Notes: generated from the sequence alone by a model not told the origin. Counted from the stretch's first letter, positions 34,602-43,893 are shown. The stretch is DNA of 64,000 nt from Myxococcales bacterium (GCA_038231075.1 JBBRMA010000001.1:278420-342419); one strand, 5' to 3'. Translations and numbers: made by a program.

Positions 34602-34904
34602 TCAGGCCGGGTCGATCTTGATCCCGAGGAACCCCATCAGGTCGAACGGCTCCTCCACCGTCCGCGCGCCCGTCGGGTTGGACCCGCCCTTCCAGCTCCG
34701 CGAGCGCCCACAGCTGGCGCACCACATCAAGGAGCGCCCGCCCATGCCCTGGGTGTTGTGCAGCTGCCAGGACTCTTCCGCGTATTGAGTGCACTTCTCG
34801 CAGACCTGGACGGCGTCGTTGGGCTTGAAGCCGCGCTTCTTCAGCGCCCGCCGCACTTCCATCGCGTGCTCGACCCACGGAGGCATCTCTCGCTTAACGC
34901 CCAT
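34602..34904 (-). CDS. Small zinc-ribbon-like protein (CxxC...CxxC)
   Basis: MGVKREMPPWVEHAMEVRRALKKRGF...VCEKCTQYAEESW...WCASCGRSRSW. The upstream part of ORF 34602..35858 was rejected because it overlaps the next gene in another frame. ATG 34886 is an alternative start. Confidence 0.5.
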   Translation of the reverse strand: MGVKREMPPWVEHAMEVRRALKKRGFKPNDAVQVCEKCTQYAEESWQLHNTQGMGGRSLMWCASCGRSRSWKGGSNPTGARTVEEPFDLMGFLGIKIDPA

Positions 34905-34945
34905 GCCCGCCGTTTTACCACGCCTTGCGCGTCCCAGGACCCGCC

Positions 34946-36088
34946 CTAATTCTCGAGGTGCTCCTCGCGGGCGAGGAAGAACGCGCCCTTGCTGCGGTCG
35001 TAGGCGTAGGTGCTCAAGGTCGAGGACGAGCTGCCGTCCTCGTGGTCCTCGGGCTCGCGGATGCGGATGCGGCCCGGGTCGAGCTCGACGGTGGCGCGGA
35101 ACAGGTCGCGCTTGGCGAACAGATCGACCAGCTTGCCCGCGCGCACGGTCTTCAAGATCACCTCGTTGGCCGTGCGGGCGCAGCTGTCGCAGGTGAACTC
35201 GACCAGCACGTCGGGGGCGCCGTCGCCGGTGACGTCGTGGGTGTCGATGCGGAGCACGCGCTGCGGGTCCTCGTCGTCGTCGCCGCCGGTGATGCGGTCC
35301 CAGCCCATCCGCCAGCGGCGCTTGTGCTCGCCCGAGGCCTGGTCGAGCCGCCAGATGCCGACGTAGGTGCGCTGCGTGAGCCAGGCGGGTCCGGCCTCGC
35401 CGAGCGCTTCCTGGGCGGGGCTGAGGCTCGAGCCGTAGACCACCGCGAACGGGTTGCCGTCGAAGTCGAGCCGCCGCACCCAGCGCAGGTGAAAGCCCGG
35501 AAAAGGGCGCGGCTTGAGGCCAGCCAGGTCTCCGGACAGCGCCGGCGGCCGTCGCTCGAGGATGATGGCCACCACGCGCGAGGGCTGCGAGATGGGCGCG
35601 CTCGCCTCGACGATGGCGCGGTGGCCCGCGTCCTCCCACTCGAGGGTGAAGAACTTGTGCCCCTTGTCGCGCCGCAGCTGCTCGAGCGCCGGCGCGCCCC
35701 ACTTTTGCGAAAGCTGCCATTCCAGATCGGTCAGGGCCGGCGCGGTCGCGGGGTCGAACGAGAGCCGCAGCGCCACCAGATCGCCGCCCGGGTCGCGACC
35801 GACTTCCCAGGCCAGCTGGACGCGCGCCACATGATCGCCCTCGGGGCCGACGTCGCATTCGGCGTGCCCGCTCGGCGTGGAGAGCAGGGAGGCGCAGGGG
35901 GCGAACTCGGGATGCTTGGCGAGCTGGGCGAGCGATTCGTCGAGATCGAAGCGGCCGAAGCGGTGCGGTGAGCCCGGCGTCAGGGGACCGGGAGCGCGCG
36001 CAGCGGGCGCCGGCGCCCCAGCAGCCAGGCCCGCGAACGGGGCGGCCAAGGACAGCAGGACACAGAGGCGCAGCAGGCGAAAGCGCAT
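34946..36088 (-). CDS. Secreted hypothetical protein
   Basis: Signal peptide MRFRLLRLCVLLSLAAPFAGLAAG. FG-GAP-like DVTGDGAPDVLVEF segment. Consistent GC3. Confidence 0.6.
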   Translation of the reverse strand: MRFRLLRLCVLLSLAAPFAGLAAGAPAPAARAPGPLTPGSPHRFGRFDLDESLAQLAKHPEFAPCASLLSTPSGHAECDVGPEGDHVARVQLAWEVGRDPGGDLVALRLSFDPATAPALTDLEWQLSQKWGAPALEQLRRDKGHKFFTLEWEDAGHRAIVEASAPISQPSRVVAIILERRPPALSGDLAGLKPRPFPGFHLRWVRRLDFDGNPFAVVYGSSLSPAQEALGEAGPAWLTQRTYVGIWRLDQASGEHKRRWRMGWDRITGGDDDEDPQRVLRIDTHDVTGDGAPDVLVEFTCDSCARTANEVILKTVRAGKLVDLFAKRDLFRATVELDPGRIRIREPEDHEDGSSSSTLSTYAYDRSKGAFFLAREEHLEN

Positions 36089-36094
36089 AGAAGC

Positions 36095-36127
36095 GCGGGG
36101 CGGCGAGCGTGTTTGCCGCCGCCCCGC
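36095..36127 (-). terminator. GC-rich hairpin downstream of rplI (terminator/attenuator)
   Basis: Perfect 11-bp stem GCGGGGCGGCG (36095-36105) / CGCCGCCCCGC (36117-36127) with an 11-nt loop. On the minus strand it is followed by GCUUCUAUGCGCUU, a weak U tract. It lies between the rplI stop (36141) and the next ATG (36088). Confidence 0.5.
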
Positions 36128-36140
36128 TGCTCGGAGTGTA

Positions 36141-36584
36141 CTACTCCGGCGAGATGGTGACCTTCAGCTTCGAGGACACCTCGGAGTGCAGCTTGATCTC
36201 GACCTCGTGCGTGCCGATGGTCTTGAGCGGCTCGGGCATGTGGATCTGGCGGCGCTCCACTTCGTAGCCGAGCGCCGTCAGGCCCTCGTGCACGTCCTTG
36301 CTGGTGACCGAGCCGAAGAGCTTGTCCTGCTCGCCCACCTTGCGCTTGAGCTTGACCTCGACGTTGTTCAGCTTGTTCGCCATCGCGGTCATGCTGGCCT
36401 TCACCTTGGCGGCGCGCGCCAGGATGCCGGCCTTGTCGTGGTCGAGCTGGCGCACGTTCTTGGCCGTCGCCAGCATCGCCATCTCGTTGGGGATGAGATA
36501 ATTGCGACCGTAGCCGCGCTTGACCTCGACGAGCGATCCCGCCTTGCCGAGGTTGTCCATGTCCTTCGTCAGAATGACTTTCAT
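36141..36584 (-). CDS. rplI: 50S ribosomal protein L9
   Basis: MKVILTKDMDNLGKAGSLVEVKRGYGRNYLIPNEMA... Confidence 0.95.
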   Translation of the reverse strand: MKVILTKDMDNLGKAGSLVEVKRGYGRNYLIPNEMAMLATAKNVRQLDHDKAGILARAAKVKASMTAMANKLNNVEVKLKRKVGEQDKLFGSVTSKDVHEGLTALGYEVERRQIHMPEPLKTIGTHEVEIKLHSEVSSKLKVTISPE

Positions 36585-36593
36585 GGGCGGCTC

Positions 36594-36944
36594 CTACTGG
36601 TGCTGCATGACGGTGTACGGCAAGAGCGCCACGTTGCGGCCGCGCTTGATGGCGACTGCGACCTGCCGCTGGTGCCGCGCGCAGTTCCCGCTGATGCGAC
36701 GGGGAACGATCTTGCCGCGCTCGGTGATGAAGTACTTCAGCTCGCCGGGGTTCTTGTAGTCCACCTTGGACGCCGGGTCCGCGCAGTAGCGGCAGACCTT
36801 CTTGCGGCCAAAGCCACGGCCACCCGCGCGGTCATCGCCCGCGCCGCCGCGCCCGCCGCGGTCATCGCGCCCGCCGCCCCGATCATCCCGCCCGCCGCCC
36901 GGCTTGCCGCCGAAGGAGGGCCTGTCCGACTTGAGTCCGTTCAT
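36594..36944 (-). CDS. rpsR: 30S ribosomal protein S18 with a Gly/Arg/Asp-rich N-terminal extension
   Basis: [64 protein letters not shown]-terminal [32 protein letters not shown]. Confidence 0.93.
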   Translation of the reverse strand: MNGLKSDRPSFGGKPGGGRDDRGGGRDDRGGRGGAGDDRAGGRGFGRKKVCRYCADPASKVDYKNPGELKYFITERGKIVPRRISGNCARHQRQVAVAIKRGRNVALLPYTVMQHQ

Positions 36945-36987
36945 TTGGAATCATCCTTATCGAAAGTTTGAAATCGATTGTCGAAAG

Positions 36988-37626
36988 CTACTCGACGACG
37001 GGGGACTCGTCGGCCGCTTCATCGGGAACGTCGGCCAGGGGACCGCGCGCTTCGCGATCGCCACCGCGGTCGCGGCCAAAGCCGCCCTCGCGATCGCCGC
37101 GGTCGCGGCCGAAGCCGCCGTCGCGGTCGCCGCCAAAGCCACCCTCTTCACGGGGCGGACGGTCGGGGACCTCGGGGTCGCCGGGCAGCTTGACGTCGTG
37201 CTCGACGAGGCGGCCGTTCGGGTCGATGTCCTCGGCCAGCTTGACCGACTGGTACTTCATCACGTCGTCGGTCATGCGCAGGTTGCGCTCGAACTCGGCG
37301 ACGATCTTGCTGTCGCCCAGGTAGAGGAAGTGGATGTAGATGGCGCGGAGGTTCTTCTTCACCTCGTACGCCGTCCGCTTCTTGCCCCAGTTCGACACGC
37401 GCAGGACCTTGCCGCTGCCCTTGTTGACGATGCCGCGCATGCGCTCGGCCAGCTTGTCGATCAGGTCCTCGGCCAGGTCTGGCTTGACGAGGAAGATGGT
37501 CTCGTACTCGCGCATGCGCGTGCCGGCCGCCATGGGCGGAGGCTGGACGACCGGCGCCTGGGGAACGACGGGCACCGGCACCGGCGCTGCTGCGGCCGGC
37601 GGGGTTGTGGGAGTGCTCTCGGACAT
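36988..37626 (-). CDS. rpsF: 30S ribosomal protein S6 with a Pro-rich N-terminal and a GGFGRDRGDRE-repeat C-terminal extension
   Basis: MREYETIFLVKPDLAEDLIDKLAERMRGIVNKGSGKVLRVSNWGKKRTAYEVKK core. The true start may be the internal MREYE methionine rather than 37626. Confidence 0.88.
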   Translation of the reverse strand: MSESTPTTPPAAAAPVPVPVVPQAPVVQPPPMAAGTRMREYETIFLVKPDLAEDLIDKLAERMRGIVNKGSGKVLRVSNWGKKRTAYEVKKNLRAIYIHFLYLGDSKIVAEFERNLRMTDDVMKYQSVKLAEDIDPNGRLVEHDVKLPGDPEVPDRPPREEGGFGGDRDGGFGRDRGDREGGFGRDRGGDREARGPLADVPDEAADESPVVE

Positions 37627-37675
37627 GCTTCGCCTCTCGGGTTGTAGCCGCCGGCGCTCTGCCGGCAGCGAGGTG

Positions 37676-38272
37676 TTACTGCGACTTTGCTGCCTTCACG
37701 TCCTTCTGCTTCTTGCGATTCCACTTGTTCATCGAGAACAGCGCGCCCTCGACCGCCGCATCGAGCGCGGCCTGCGCTGCCTCTGCGATCACGTCCTGTA
37801 GCAAGTCCTCCTCGGACGGCGTGAACTTCGAGAGCACGTAGTCGGCCGGGTCCCATCCTGGCGGCGGCCGGCCGACGCCCAATCTGATGCGGACGAAGTC
37901 GGGCGTTCCGAGGTGCGCGCGCACGCTCTTGAGCCCGTTGTGTCCGCCGTCGCCCCCTCCGACCTTTACTTGCAGCCTTCCTGCCTCGAGATCCATGTCG
38001 TCGTGGACCACCACCACTGTGGCCGGGTCGACTCTCCAGAAGCGAGCCGCGGGTCCGACCGATTCGCCGCTGACGTTCATGAACGTCTGCGGCAAGAGGA
38101 TCGCGACCTGCTCTCCGCCGCGCCGGCCCATGCCGAGCACCGCCGAGAACTTGCCCTGGTCGAGCGCCGCGTTGCAGGCGCGGGCCGCCTCCTCGGCGAC
38201 CCGGAAGCCCACGTTGTGTCGCGTGCGCTCGTACTTGCCGCCTGGGTTCCCCAGGCCCACCAGGAGACGCAC
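37676..38272 (-). CDS. pth: Peptidyl-tRNA hydrolase
   Basis: LLVGLGNPGGKYERTRHNVGF...PQTFMNVSGESV...VVHDDMDLEAGRLQVKVGGGDGGHNGLKS. Confidence 0.95.
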   Translation of the reverse strand: MRLLVGLGNPGGKYERTRHNVGFRVAEEAARACNAALDQGKFSAVLGMGRRGGEQVAILLPQTFMNVSGESVGPAARFWRVDPATVVVVHDDMDLEAGRLQVKVGGGDGGHNGLKSVRAHLGTPDFVRIRLGVGRPPPGWDPADYVLSKFTPSEEDLLQDVIAEAAQAALDAAVEGALFSMNKWNRKKQKDVKAAKSQ

Positions 38273-38275
38273 GGC

Positions 38276-39013
38276 CTACTTCTTGGCCGGGGCCTTGCCT
38301 GCGGCGGGGGCAGCGGCCTTGGCATCGCCGGCCTTCGCGTCGCCTGCGGCCGGAGCGGCAGCAGCAGCGCCGGTCCCAGCGCCAGGAGCGGCGGCGGCAC
38401 CCTCGACGGCGGCGGTCGGCTTGACCACCTCCTCGAGCTTCTCGGGGATGGCGACGACGGCCACGGTCTGCTTGGCGCCGGTGAGGAACTTGATGCCCGC
38501 GGGGCCCTTGATGTCGCTGACGTGCAGCGACTCGGCGACGCCGAGGGCCGAGATGTCGACCTCGATCTTCTCGGGGATCTGGCCGGGCTTGCAGCGCACC
38601 ATGATGGTGCGGAGGACCTGCTGCAAGATGCCGCCTTCAGCGGCGCCGGCCGGCTTGCCGATCAGCACCACCGGGACGCCGACGTCGACATCCTGGTCCA
38701 TGCGGACCTCGAGGAAGTCGGCGTGCAGCACCGAGCCGTCGACGGGGTCGCGGTCGAACGACTTGAAGAGCACCGTCTTGCTGGCGCCGCCGTCGATCTC
38801 GAGCTTGATGACGGTGTTGAGGCGGTGCGGGGTCGCGATCGCCTTCTTCAGCGCGTTCGGATCGATCGCGACGTGCACGGGCTTGTCGAACCGGCCGTAG
38901 CACACGGCGGGGACGAGCCCCTTCATGCGCAGGCGGCGGGCAAAGCCCTTGCCGGCGTCAGGGCGCAGGCTGGCCGTCAAGGAAGAGGATTCAGTCGCCA
39001 TCATGATCTCCAT
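38276..39013 (-). CDS. rplY: 50S ribosomal protein L25 / general stress protein Ctc
   Basis: GKGFARRLRMKGLVPAVCYG...DPVDGSVLHADFLEV...IEVDISALGVAESLHVSDI plus an Ala-rich tail. The start may be 3-4 codons downstream. Confidence 0.9.
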   Translation of the reverse strand: MEIMMATESSSLTASLRPDAGKGFARRLRMKGLVPAVCYGRFDKPVHVAIDPNALKKAIATPHRLNTVIKLEIDGGASKTVLFKSFDRDPVDGSVLHADFLEVRMDQDVDVGVPVVLIGKPAGAAEGGILQQVLRTIMVRCKPGQIPEKIEVDISALGVAESLHVSDIKGPAGIKFLTGAKQTVAVVAIPEKLEEVVKPTAAVEGAAAAPGAGTGAAAAAPAAGDAKAGDAKAAAPAAGKAPAKK

Positions 39014-39177
39014 CCGGCTCGTCGCCGCGGGGGGCAGCCGCAGCGTGGGTTTGGCGGGCCGGTCTTGTGTGCAACGCCCAGGGACTGCGAAAGGGCGGCG
39101 TACCTAGCACGGCCCAATCAGGCGCGCAAGCGGCGGGCGCTCGGCGTCGGTTGCGGAGACCGACACCGTGACCGGGT

Positions 39178-40134
39178 CTACACGAACAACGAGCTGAGCG
39201 AGTCTGCCGAGTAGATCCGCTTCACGGCCTCGCCGAAGATCTGCGCCACCGAGAGCTGGGTGATCTTCTTGCTGGCCCGCGCCGCCGGCGAGAGCGGGAT
39301 GGTGTTGGTCACCACCAATTCCTCGATGGGCGAATCGTGCAGCCGCTGCAGCGCCGGGCCCGACAGCACCGGGTGCACCGAGTAGGCGACCACCTTGCGC
39401 GCGCCGTTCTCCATCAGCGCAGTGGCGCCGGTGGTGAGCGTGCCCGCGGTGTCCACCATGTCGTCGAGCATGACCGCGGTCTTGCCGCGCACGTCGCCGA
39501 TCAGGTTCATCACCTCGGCCACGTTGGCCTTGGCGCGCCGCTTGTCGATGATGGCGAGCGCGCTGCCGAGCCGCTTGGCGAACGCGCGCGCCCGCTCGAC
39601 GCCGCCCGCGTCGGGGCTGATGATGACGACCTCTTCCGGGTCGGGGAAGCGCTTGCGCATGTGCTCGAGCAGCACGGGCGAGGCGTAGAGGTGGTCGGAC
39701 GGCATGTCGAAGAAGCCCTGGATCTGCCCCGCGTGCAGGTCCATCGAGACGAACCGGGTGGCGCCCGCCGCGGTGATCATGTCAGCGACCAGCCGCGCCG
39801 TGATGGGCACGCGAGGCGCGACCTTGCGGTCCTGCCGCGCGTAGCCGAAGTAGGGGACCACCGCGTTGATCGAGGCCGCGCTGGCGCGCTTGGAGGCGTC
39901 GATCATGATCAGCAGCTCCATCAAGTGGTCGTTGACCGGCGAGCAGGTGCTCTGCACCAGGAAGATGTCGCGGCCGCGGACATTCTCGCCGATCTCGCAC
40001 TGGATCTCGCCGTCGCTGAAGCGCGAGACCTCGCACTTGCCAATCGGGATGTCGAGGTAGTCGCACATCTGCTGCGCGAGGTGCCGGTTCGAGTTGCCGG
40101 CAAAGATGGTGAAGTCCCGCGCGGGCGCTTTCAT
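39178..40134 (-). CDS. prs: Ribose-phosphate pyrophosphokinase
   Basis: FAGNSNRHLAQQMCDYL...SRFSDGEIQCEIGENVRGRDIFLVQST...VPYFGYARQDRK...DLHAGQIQGFF...MLDDMVDTAGTL. ATG 40134 (MKAPARD) is preferred over 40185. Confidence 0.95.
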   Translation of the reverse strand: MKAPARDFTIFAGNSNRHLAQQMCDYLDIPIGKCEVSRFSDGEIQCEIGENVRGRDIFLVQSTCSPVNDHLMELLIMIDASKRASAASINAVVPYFGYARQDRKVAPRVPITARLVADMITAAGATRFVSMDLHAGQIQGFFDMPSDHLYASPVLLEHMRKRFPDPEEVVIISPDAGGVERARAFAKRLGSALAIIDKRRAKANVAEVMNLIGDVRGKTAVMLDDMVDTAGTLTTGATALMENGARKVVAYSVHPVLSGPALQRLHDSPIEELVVTNTIPLSPAARASKKITQLSVAQIFGEAVKRIYSADSLSSLFV

Positions 40135-40232
40135 CCAGGCTCCTTCCGGCCACGCCGTTGCGTTTGCCGCGGCGCCGTATACCAAGCGTGACGGTTGATC
40201 GCCAGCGGTGTGACCGACGGACGCGGCCCTCT

Positions 40233-40529
40233 TCAGCTGCCCGTGGCGGCCTCGGCGAGGGCGGGCTTGTCTGCGCGCGCCATCTCGCGCTCGTACTCGG
40301 CGAGGATGGTCTTCTCCATGCGATCGCGCGTCTCGCTGTTGAGCGGGTGCGCGATGTCCTTGAAGGTGCCGTCCTTGCGCCGCTTGGCCGGCATGGCCAC
40401 GAAGAGGCCGGTGTTGCCGTTGATGACCTTCAGGTCGCGGACCACGAAGCAGGCGTCGAGCGTGATGGTCACGTACGCTTTGAGCCGCTCCTCGTTGACA
40501 GGGAAGACGCGGACCTCGGTGATTTCCAT
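40233..40529 (-). CDS. spoVG: Septation protein SpoVG
   Basis: [64 protein letters not shown]. Confidence 0.93.
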   Translation of the reverse strand: MEITEVRVFPVNEERLKAYVTITLDACFVVRDLKVINGNTGLFVAMPAKRRKDGTFKDIAHPLNSETRDRMEKTILAEYEREMARADKPALAEAATGS

Positions 40530-40647
40530 GGAGAAGCCCCTGGCGCTCGCGACCGACCCTGGACGGTAACGCCCGCGCCTTCAGGCTGTCAAACGATTGA
40601 GCGGCCGCCCGGCAGCCGCGAATTTCGCGGCTGCGGACCAGGGAAAA

Positions 40648-41364
40648 CTAGGGGAGCGGCTGGCAGAACTTCTTGCCGCTGGCCGGGGTCGTCTGCGGCA
40701 AGCACGAGAGGCCCGGCGGGCAAGCGGAGGTGCCGCCGTCGGTCTGGTCGCACTCCCACTGGCAGGCGCTGGCGGTGCCGGTCGTGGCGATGCAAGTGGA
40801 GGCCGGTGCCGGTGCCGTGGGGCAGGTGTTGGTGGTGCAGGGCTGGGTGCAGACGCCGCGCGAGCTGGCGCCTTGGTACTGCACGCAGACGAGGCTGCCG
40901 GTGCAGGCCTGGACGCCGCCGTCGGCCACCGCGCAGCGGGCGCCATAGGAGCCGTCGGAGCTGACGCCCGCGAGGGTGAGCTGGAGCGCGGCCGGAGGCG
41001 TGGACGGGAAGGTGAGCGTGCCGCTGGTGACGGTGCCGTCGCCGACGATGTTGTCGTCCGGGTCGAAGGCCTGCACCTGGAGGGAGACGGTGTACGTGCC
41101 CTTCGAGGGCGCCGCGAACGAGAGGTCCACCGGCGCGCCGCCCGCGGTGCCAAATCTGGGGAAGTACTGCACGGCCGCGTCGCCGGCGCTGTCGGTGAGC
41201 GTGACCTCGGCGCGCACGGCGTTCGCGGGCAGCCCTTCGACGCGCAGGGTGAGGTCGGGCTTGGCGCCGTCGTACGAGCAGGCCGACGCGGCGGCCGCGA
41301 GCACGGCGACGAACAGGGCGCCGCGCGCGCAGTGGTTGAGCTTGGCAGTCATGGTCGTGTGCAT
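40648..41364 (-). CDS. Lipoprotein with a Cys-rich C-terminal region
   Basis: Lipobox VLAAAASAC. About 14 Cys in the last 100 aa. Starts 11 nt after the upstream gene stop. Confidence 0.6.
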   Translation of the reverse strand: MHTTMTAKLNHCARGALFVAVLAAAASACSYDGAKPDLTLRVEGLPANAVRAEVTLTDSAGDAAVQYFPRFGTAGGAPVDLSFAAPSKGTYTVSLQVQAFDPDDNIVGDGTVTSGTLTFPSTPPAALQLTLAGVSSDGSYGARCAVADGGVQACTGSLVCVQYQGASSRGVCTQPCTTNTCPTAPAPASTCIATTGTASACQWECDQTDGGTSACPPGLSCLPQTTPASGKKFCQPLP

Positions 41365-41375
41365 GGGCGCGGGCT

Positions 41376-42722
41376 CTAGAAGCGGAAGAGGACGGCCCCG
41401 TCGCCGCCGCTGCCGGCCGCGGGAGCAACGTCGTCGTGGTCGGGGAAGACGATGAGCATGACGATCGCGACCACCAGCGTCGAGGCGCCGATGATGGCGA
41501 AGGTCTTGGCGCGCTTGCCGTACTCGTTGGCGCGCTTCAGGAGCGAGGCGTCATCGCGACCCTCGTACTTGAAGGTGTGCTGGTAGTTCTCGTTGGCCTG
41601 CCAGGCCCCGTAGGACTCGCCGGCGGCAAAGGTCAACGACCCGAGCGAGGCGGCGAGCACGAAGTAGCCGGCCGCGCGCAGCGGGTTGGCCTTGAAAGGC
41701 GCGCTCTCGACCGCCCGGCGCCGCTTGCCGCCGAGGTCGACCACCTTGGGTGGAGGGGGCGGCTCGTCCTCGGCGCGGAGCAGGTACGGCACCTCGGGCC
41801 CGCCGGAGCGGCCGGGACCATTGCCGTACTGGTCGCTCGCCTCGAGGTAATATTCGATGTCCTTGCTGGTCTGCGAGGCCGGGATGGTCGCGGTGTAGTC
41901 GGCGCCGCCGATGTTGCCCATCGGCAGCGTCTTCCAGTCGGTGTCGCCGAGATGGCGGAACTTGACCACCGGGCCCGAGACCCCGGTCTCGCCCTTGAGC
42001 CGCGCGGCGATCTCGACCGACTTGCCCTTCAAGGTCTTGCCGATGGCCGAGTGGGTGATCGCGGGAGGCGCGCCCTTGGGACGGTTCGGCACGATGATCT
42101 TCTCGGGCGGCTTCTCGACGACGACGGGCTCGTCGATCTTGAGGGGCAGCGGCCGCTCGGGCGCGCCGGCGCGGGCCGGGCCATTGCCGAGGTTGTCGTA
42201 AGCCTCGATGTAGTACTCGAGGTTGGTGCTCATCAGCGCGGTCGGAACCTCGACCGAGTACTGGCCCGAGGCGATCTTGTCGGGGACGAACTTCATCGGC
42301 AGGTAGTCGCTCATGCCGGCCTTGCGGATCCAGAGCACCACCTGGAAGACGCCGGCCGGGTCGGTCACGTTGGTGTCGATGCGCAGCGCCTTGCTGCGGG
42401 GCGCGTGCGTGACCGGCGTGTGCGCGAGGGTCGGCGGGTCGTTGTCGACCGCGTCGGCGCCGGCAGGAGCCTCGGGCGCGATCGGAGGCCTCGTCACCAT
42501 CGGCGCCGGAGCGTCAGCAGGGGGAGGCGCGTCGGGCGCCTTGGCTTCGGGCGGCGCCGGTGCGTTTGCGGGAGGCACGTCAGGCGGAACGTCAGGGGGC
42601 GCGTCGTCGGCCTTGGCGTCCTGGGCAAAGGCCGTGGCCGTCGAAGAGTGCGCCGCAGAAGCGCCGCGCGCCGAGAGGAGCGCGGTCGCGAGCGCGGCTG
42701 CGTACAGCATGGTGACGTGCAT
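41376..42722 (-). CDS. Secreted, C-terminally membrane-anchored protein with an internally duplicated ~100-aa domain
   Basis: Signal MLYAAALATALLSARGASA. Duplicated motif ...EYYIEAYDNLGNGPARAG... / ...EYYLEASDQYGNGPGRSG... C-terminal TM FAIIGASTLVVAIVMLIVF. ATG 42722 (or 42710) was chosen within ORF 41376..43049. Confidence 0.65.
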   Translation of the reverse strand: MHVTMLYAAALATALLSARGASAAHSSTATAFAQDAKADDAPPDVPPDVPPANAPAPPEAKAPDAPPPADAPAPMVTRPPIAPEAPAGADAVDNDPPTLAHTPVTHAPRSKALRIDTNVTDPAGVFQVVLWIRKAGMSDYLPMKFVPDKIASGQYSVEVPTALMSTNLEYYIEAYDNLGNGPARAGAPERPLPLKIDEPVVVEKPPEKIIVPNRPKGAPPAITHSAIGKTLKGKSVEIAARLKGETGVSGPVVKFRHLGDTDWKTLPMGNIGGADYTATIPASQTSKDIEYYLEASDQYGNGPGRSGGPEVPYLLRAEDEPPPPPKVVDLGGKRRRAVESAPFKANPLRAAGYFVLAASLGSLTFAAGESYGAWQANENYQHTFKYEGRDDASLLKRANEYGKRAKTFAIIGASTLVVAIVMLIVFPDHDDVAPAAGSGGDGAVLFRF

Positions 42723-42916
42723 GCGGGCGGTCCCCTGATGAGGCGAGGTCGCGGCGACCATACTGGCGGTCGCCGGTCGGTGGCAACTCCGATCCGATTC
42801 CGACCGCGCGGTGCGCCAGCCAGGAGAGTGCGTCGTGGGGCCGGCTAGCCCTGTATCCGCGCGACGGTGCGCGCGGGATCGGGACAGCTCGCGTCGGCGA
42901 ATACGCCGAGGGCCTC

Positions 42917-43747
42917 CTAGAGCAGATCCTTGCGACGATGTTGAAGCGAGGGCAGGTCGCGGCGGATCTGGGCGAGGCGCGCGATGTCGATCGAGGCCAG
43001 CGCCATGCCTTCGCCATCGCCGCCCGCGTCGGCGAGCACCGTGCCCCATGGGTCGGCGACGAGCGCGTGGCCCCAGGCGATCCGGTTTTCTTCGGTCGGG
43101 CCGATGCGGCCCACTTGTGCCGGCGCGAACGCAAAGGCCTGGTTCTCGACGGCCCGCGCGCGCAGGAGGACCTCCCAGTGCGCCTTGCCGGTGAAGGCCG
43201 TGAAGGCGGCGGGAACCGCAATGAGATCGGCGCGCGCGTCGGCCAGGCGCCGGTAGAGCTCGGGGAAGCGCAGGTCGTAGCAGATCGACATCCCGAGCTT
43301 GACGCCGAGGCCGGCCAGCTCCACCACGGGCGGAACGGCCTCGCCCTTGGCCACGGCTTCCGACTCGCGGTAGCGGGCGCCGTCGGGGATGTCGACGTCG
43401 AACAGGTGCAGCTTGCGGTAGCTGGCCGCGATCTCGCCGCTCGGGCCGATGAGCGCGCTCGTGTTGTAGGTGCGGCCCTCGCTGGCCTGCTCGGAGATCG
43501 AGCCCGCCAGGAGCCAGACTCCCTTCTTGGCGGCCAGCGCCCGCAGCGGAGCCAGCTGGCGGCCCTCGAGCGGTCCCGCGAAGGCCCGCTTCTGCGCCGG
43601 CGGGCCGATGTGCTCCCAGACCTCCGGCAGGCCGATCAGGCGGGCGCCGCGATCGGCGGCCTGGTTGACGAGGGCGAGGGCGCGGGCCTCGTTGTCGGCG
43701 CGGTCAGGACCGCTCGACATCTGCAGGGCGGCGGCGAGGAAGGCCAT
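42917..43747 (-). CDS. Carbon-nitrogen hydrolase family protein (Nit/omega-amidase-like)
   Basis: Catalytic-triad context LPEVWEH (Glu), YRKLHLFD (Lys), GMSICYDLRFPE (Cys). ATG 43759 is an alternative start. Confidence 0.88.
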   Translation of the reverse strand: MAFLAAALQMSSGPDRADNEARALALVNQAADRGARLIGLPEVWEHIGPPAQKRAFAGPLEGRQLAPLRALAAKKGVWLLAGSISEQASEGRTYNTSALIGPSGEIAASYRKLHLFDVDIPDGARYRESEAVAKGEAVPPVVELAGLGVKLGMSICYDLRFPELYRRLADARADLIAVPAAFTAFTGKAHWEVLLRARAVENQAFAFAPAQVGRIGPTEENRIAWGHALVADPWGTVLADAGGDGEGMALASIDIARLAQIRRDLPSLQHRRKDLL

Positions 43748-43769
43748 GTGCGCAAGCATACCGCAGGTC

Positions 43770-43797
43770 TTGACGACCAGCAGCCCATCCTGATAAG
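43770..43797 (+). promoter_or_regulatory. Possible promoter of the rimP-nusA-infB operon (TTGACG-N16-GATAAG)
   Basis: TTGACG at 43770-43775 and GATAAG at 43792-43797. A T-rich stretch (ctttttttatttt, ~43865-43877) lies closer to the start and could hold the real -10 instead. Confidence 0.25.
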
Positions 43798-43893
43798 GGG
43801 CGGGCCATCATTTTCAACCCGGGGGCGAGAGCCTCCGCCGAGAAAGTGGGCGCAGTCGGCCCGCTTTTTTTATTTTCAGCACCCGAGGCGAGC

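Noticed and set aside
36945-36987. Absence of ssb between rpsF and rpsR
   Set aside because: The rpsF-rpsR-rplI order without ssb/priB occurs in many bacteria, so this is not anomalous.
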